A stretch of DNA of 64,000 nt, taken from the NCBI RefSeq assembly GCF_009914755.1, contig NC_060930.1; one strand, written 5' to 3'. How positions within the stretch are numbered: position 1 is the stretch's first letter; each line of letters opens with the position of its first letter. A program made the position numbers and the translations under genes. Below, piece after piece: positions 58,530 through 64,000 of the stretch. The notes under the pieces were generated by a model. The model saw only the letters and a program-made list of their open reading frames with translations. It was not told the DNA's origin and ran no database searches. This DNA comes from the human T2T-CHM13v2.0 reference genome, Homo sapiens.

Positions 58530-60044
<1,515 letters not shown>

Positions 60045-60710
60045 TTAGGTATTTACTGATAGGACTTTAAAACTGTGTCCACACAAAATTGCACCTGAAT
60101 GTTTATTGCAGGTTTTTCATAATTGCCCAAAACTCAAAGCAACCGAAGTGTCCCTTAGTAGGTGAATGGGTAAACAAACTGTGATGTACTAAGACAAGGA
60201 AAAACTATTTAGGGAAAAAATAAATGATCTACCCAGCCACAAAAAGACATGGAAGAAATGTAAATATATATTGTTAATTGAGAGAAGCCAGTCTGAAAAG
60301 GCTATAAACTATATAATCCCAACTATATGAGAGACTGGAAAAGGAAAAACTATAGAGGCAGTAAAAGAGACCAGTGGTTTTCAGGGGCTTACAGGGAAAT
60401 GGGAAGATTTGAATAGGTAAAGCACAGGTGATATAACAGTGGTAAAATTATTCTGCATTATATTCTAATGGTGGACACGTGACATGATACATTTGCCAAA
60501 AGCTACAGAACTTTACAACATAGAGTGAACTCTAATATAAAGTATCTACTTTAGTTAACAATAGTATATTCATATTTATTCATCAGTTATAATAAATGTG
60601 TCACACTAATGCAAGTTGTTAATAAGAAATTGTGTATGGAAGTTAGGGTATATATAACTCTGTAGTATGTGCTCAATAACAGTTAAAAAATTTTTATAAA
60701 GTAAAAAATT
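60045..60710 (+). mobile_element. L1MC-type 3' end
   Basis: TAGGTATTTAC...GTCCACACAAAA...AGCCACAAAAAGACATGGA...AGCCAGTCTGAAAAGGCTA. Confidence 0.85.
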
Positions 60711-62059
60711 CAAGTATTGCATACTAGCCTATGGTAAGTAAAGAAAACACCAAAAGAAAGGGTGCCAGTGTGTCATTCTGTCCTATCTCTTCCTCAGATC
60801 TGTTGGAAATGAGTGTCAGACTCAGAGTTCATTATGGCTCAGAATTCCTGGAGGTATTTTGATGTGGAACAGGAGAGAAGCAGAAAAATAAGTGGATCCT
60901 GATAAAGGCAATGGCTGTGAAGGTTAAGCTTCAGGGCTCTCAATTTGCAAGAAACTTTTTTATGGCTGCGAGCTTACATTAGTATTGATAATTTGTATTA
61001 TTTTTTAAGAGGTCCACTCCCTCAAAATTATATAAACATTAGTCCACACAAAACCTGGAAAGACCATATAAAAGAAAGTCTCCAAAGGCTTTGGGATAGT
61101 GAGTACTTAGTCTATACTTCATTCATATAGGTCTTTTTACTTTGTCCACTAATTGTATTTTTATAATAAATGTCTTATTGGACTGAAACTGTCCAAACTG
61201 ATCCATCTTCTTAGAAATTCACCAAACTCTGGAATTTTCTGGGGTCTGAAACATAAAAGCCAATGTGATTCAGCTTTTAATCATATTATATGCTTCTTAA
61301 ATAATAATTTAAAGTATTTTAGTATAGGTTTTGCCAGATGAAGGAGAGTTGACATATTAATAGATAACTTCACAGAATTATCCATTCAAGTAAGGATAGG
61401 AAGTTATCTGAAATGAAGGATAGGCTGTTGTTTTACATCATTTTTTTTGTTTCCTTGCTTCCTTTTAATCCCAGTATAATTAGAAACACTTCCTATTGTA
61501 TTATAGAGACAGAAGGTCTATAAATACTAGTTAGATATTTTTATGAGCTTTTCTACTTCAAATGAATCATATGTGGGGCAAAATAGTGAGCTATTATTCA
61601 ATATGTTGGGGCTAATGGAGCTTTAAATAAAATGGAGCCTTAGAAATGAAATGTTTCTAAACTCAAATGAATGTTTTATCTTTACCAAGGAAAATATTTC
61701 CCCACACAGGATTAGAATTATCAGTTTGCACTTTTGCTGTCTGAGAGTGCCATATAACAATGTCTTAACCATTAAAATTAATGACCTGGAATATAAGAGG
61801 CCTAAATAGCCCTATTACGTTGAAAAAAATTCTATCAATTCTCAAAAAGAGTGAAATAGATGTTACACCTATCTAAAAGATATGCTTCATGGAACAAAAA
61901 ATTGTGAAACTACAGAGAATCCAAAAGGTTTTTAAAGTATTTTTAATTGAAAAACTTCTGCATCTCAGAAGATGGCTTCACAGCAACTTTAAAGTAACAG
62001 AATGTATTTAATTTAAGGATATACTTTTGCTGGTGAATATTAATCATGTTCACCTAGAT

Positions 62060-62248
62060 AAATGGTTATCAACTAGGAGTGATTTTGTTCCCCAGGGAGC
62101 ATTTGACAATGTCTGGAAATATTTTTGGTCACCACAACTAGGAAGTGGTATGACTGTCATCTAAGTGAGTGCAGGTTAGTGAACATGCTACAATGCACAG
62201 GACAGACCCTACAAAACATGTCAACAGTGCCAAGCTTGAAAAGCTCTG
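62060..62248. mobile_element. MER20 hAT-Charlie
   Basis: GTGATTTTGTTCCCCAGGG..CATTTGACAATGTCTGGA...TACAATGCACAGGACAG...TGTCAACAGTGCCAAG. Confidence 0.85.
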
Positions 62249-62806
62249 AGTGAGACAAACTGCTGCAAATAAATATCAAGTTTGTACTATCAAGTTTTGG
62301 GGTACCCCAAGAAGTAGCAATGGTTATGGATTCCCTACTCATTTCTTCTGCTATAACCTTAGGAGTCTTCGCAGACTGCTGTCAATGTGAGGGCTGGGTC
62401 TGCTCCATGTGCTTTCCTTTGTTGGTTTCTTTCATACCATGAACTGCTCAGATCAATCCCTGGAGAGGGAGACCAAACTCAAGTTGGCCTTCAAAATTCC
62501 ATTCCCAGTTATTTTCTGAGAAGCATCTCTAAAATCATGCTGTAGGAAGATGAAGAAAGATATGTTCTCTCTCCTTAGACTCTACCCATCACCACTCAAC
62601 CAAAGACTTTCATGTTGTATGAAATTTCTTGTTTATTTTTTAGAAAAAAACGAAGCAAGAAACAATTATTTTTTACTTAATAATAAATAAAACTTATTTC
62701 AGAAAATAAGTTATGTGCTAGCTGGCAATATTCTTCATTCAAGTGTGAAATTGGATTAGGTCTACATGAAGAAGCATAGATAATCGAAAACAGTATCGAC
62801 AGAGTT

Positions 62807-63249
62807 TGTAATGGGTTGAATTTGTGGCCCATCAAAATGTATATATCTACCTGGAACCAGAAAATGTAATCTTGTTTGGCAAAAGGACCTTGCAGATGTA
62901 ATTAACATAGAACCTTGAGACGAGATCATCCTCCATGAGAGTAGGCCCTAAGTCCAATAAGTATCCTTTGAAGAGGAAAGAGAAGGGGAAAGGATATATG
63001 AGGAAGGGTGATGTGAAGATGAAGGCAGAGATTAGAGTTATTTAGCCCAAAGTCAAGGAATGCTTTGGAGACACCAATAGCTGGAAAAGGCAAGGAAGGA
63101 TTCTCCTCTACATTCCTTTGGAGAAAGTGTGGCCATGCCAACACTTCAAGTTCAGACTTCTAGTCTCCACATTGTGAGAAAACAAATTTGTTGCTTTTAA
63201 GTAACTCAGTTATGGTAATTTGTTACAGTAGCCCTCAGATACTAATACA
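62807..63249 (+). mobile_element. MLT1C-like solo LTR
   Basis: TGTAATGGGTTGAAT...TTGCAGATGTAATTAA...GGTAATTTGTTACAG..ACTAATACA; TSD GAGT(T/C). Confidence 0.88.
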
Positions 63250-64000
63250 GAGTCAAAGACCTGAGAGATATAAGGTGGCACGACAAGAGTTTCCTCTATG
63301 TCCAGGAAGCCCTGAAGGGAGAGGAGTAATATGTCTGATAATTCCAGGTCATTTGAGAGATTGACTATAAAGGCAGAAATGAGTGTCAAAATGTGCCAGA
63401 TGTCTGCTGTGAAGGGTAGCAATCCATGACTGGAAGCCAGTTCGTGAACAGAGTAGCCAATGGACTCAGTGTCTGAAAGGGCCTGATTTCAACATTAAAT
63501 GAAGCTAAAGAGTTCCCAAGTGGTGGGCAAGCCTTGGCAGTAGTGATGCCCTCTGTTTGGTGGTGGGCATTACTGTAAATCTGAGAATCAGTGCCTTGGA
63601 TGCAGGAACCTAGTCACGAGCCAGAGTGAGGACATATAGAAGAGTGTAAGGGCATCTGAGTGAGCCAGACTGCAGGTCAAGGGAAGCTTTTGTTCTTGGA
63701 GAATTATTTGGGTCCCCTAAAGTACAGCATCCACTAGACTAATTGGAAGGCAATGTAGCTCATGCATGCATGGCTTCTATGGGATTATGCCAAAACTTCT
63801 GCCTCTGACCACGTTTTTCTGTATGTTTTAAGATTGAATGTGTTACAATGACAGCTAATAGGAGATGGAAAAAGAAAAGGAGGGACATTAAAAATAAAAA
63901 GATTGTATGTTAAAAATACAGAGTAAGAGGATAAAACAATTACAGAACTATACCAATAACAATAGTAAATATATTTGACTTGTTTCAGGTCTAGAGCAAT

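Noticed and set aside
60915-60945. GAAGGTTAAGCTTCAGGGCTC resembling 6090-6110
   Set aside because: Probably an independent fragment of the same Zaphod/MER115-like terminus; too short to call.

Overview
AT-rich primate (most likely human) genomic DNA, gene-poor: intergenic or deep intronic. I can support no protein-coding exon, RNA gene or CpG island. Every recognisable ORF in the track comes from L1 ORF2, Alu, THE1-int or a microsatellite. The window is a mosaic of interspersed repeats: Alu (FLAM, S, Y), young L1PA and old L1M, L2, MIR, MaLR/ERVL LTRs (THE1A with internal sequence, THE1C, MLT1, MLT2, LTR16/33-like) and DNA transposons (MER1B, MER2, MER5A, MER20, MER53, MER58, Zaphod/MER115-like). 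The most striking structure is at 32.4-34.3 kb. A ~1.25 kb non-L1, 3'UTR-like segment appears to have been retrotransposed with a 5' inversion (twin priming). The inversion is shown by a MER1B split into opposite-orientation halves whose 8-bp TSDs still match. The segment sits inside an old L1 that itself appears 5'-inverted. At 51.5-60 kb there is a dense cluster of L1PA/Alu insertions, including two more twin-primed L1s and an inverted L1PA pair with nearly identical 5' breakpoints. A near-perfect 51-bp palindrome lies at 14.9 kb. Repeat subfamily names come from my memory of consensus sequences and need RepeatMasker/Dfam confirmation; boundaries of old repeats are approximate.
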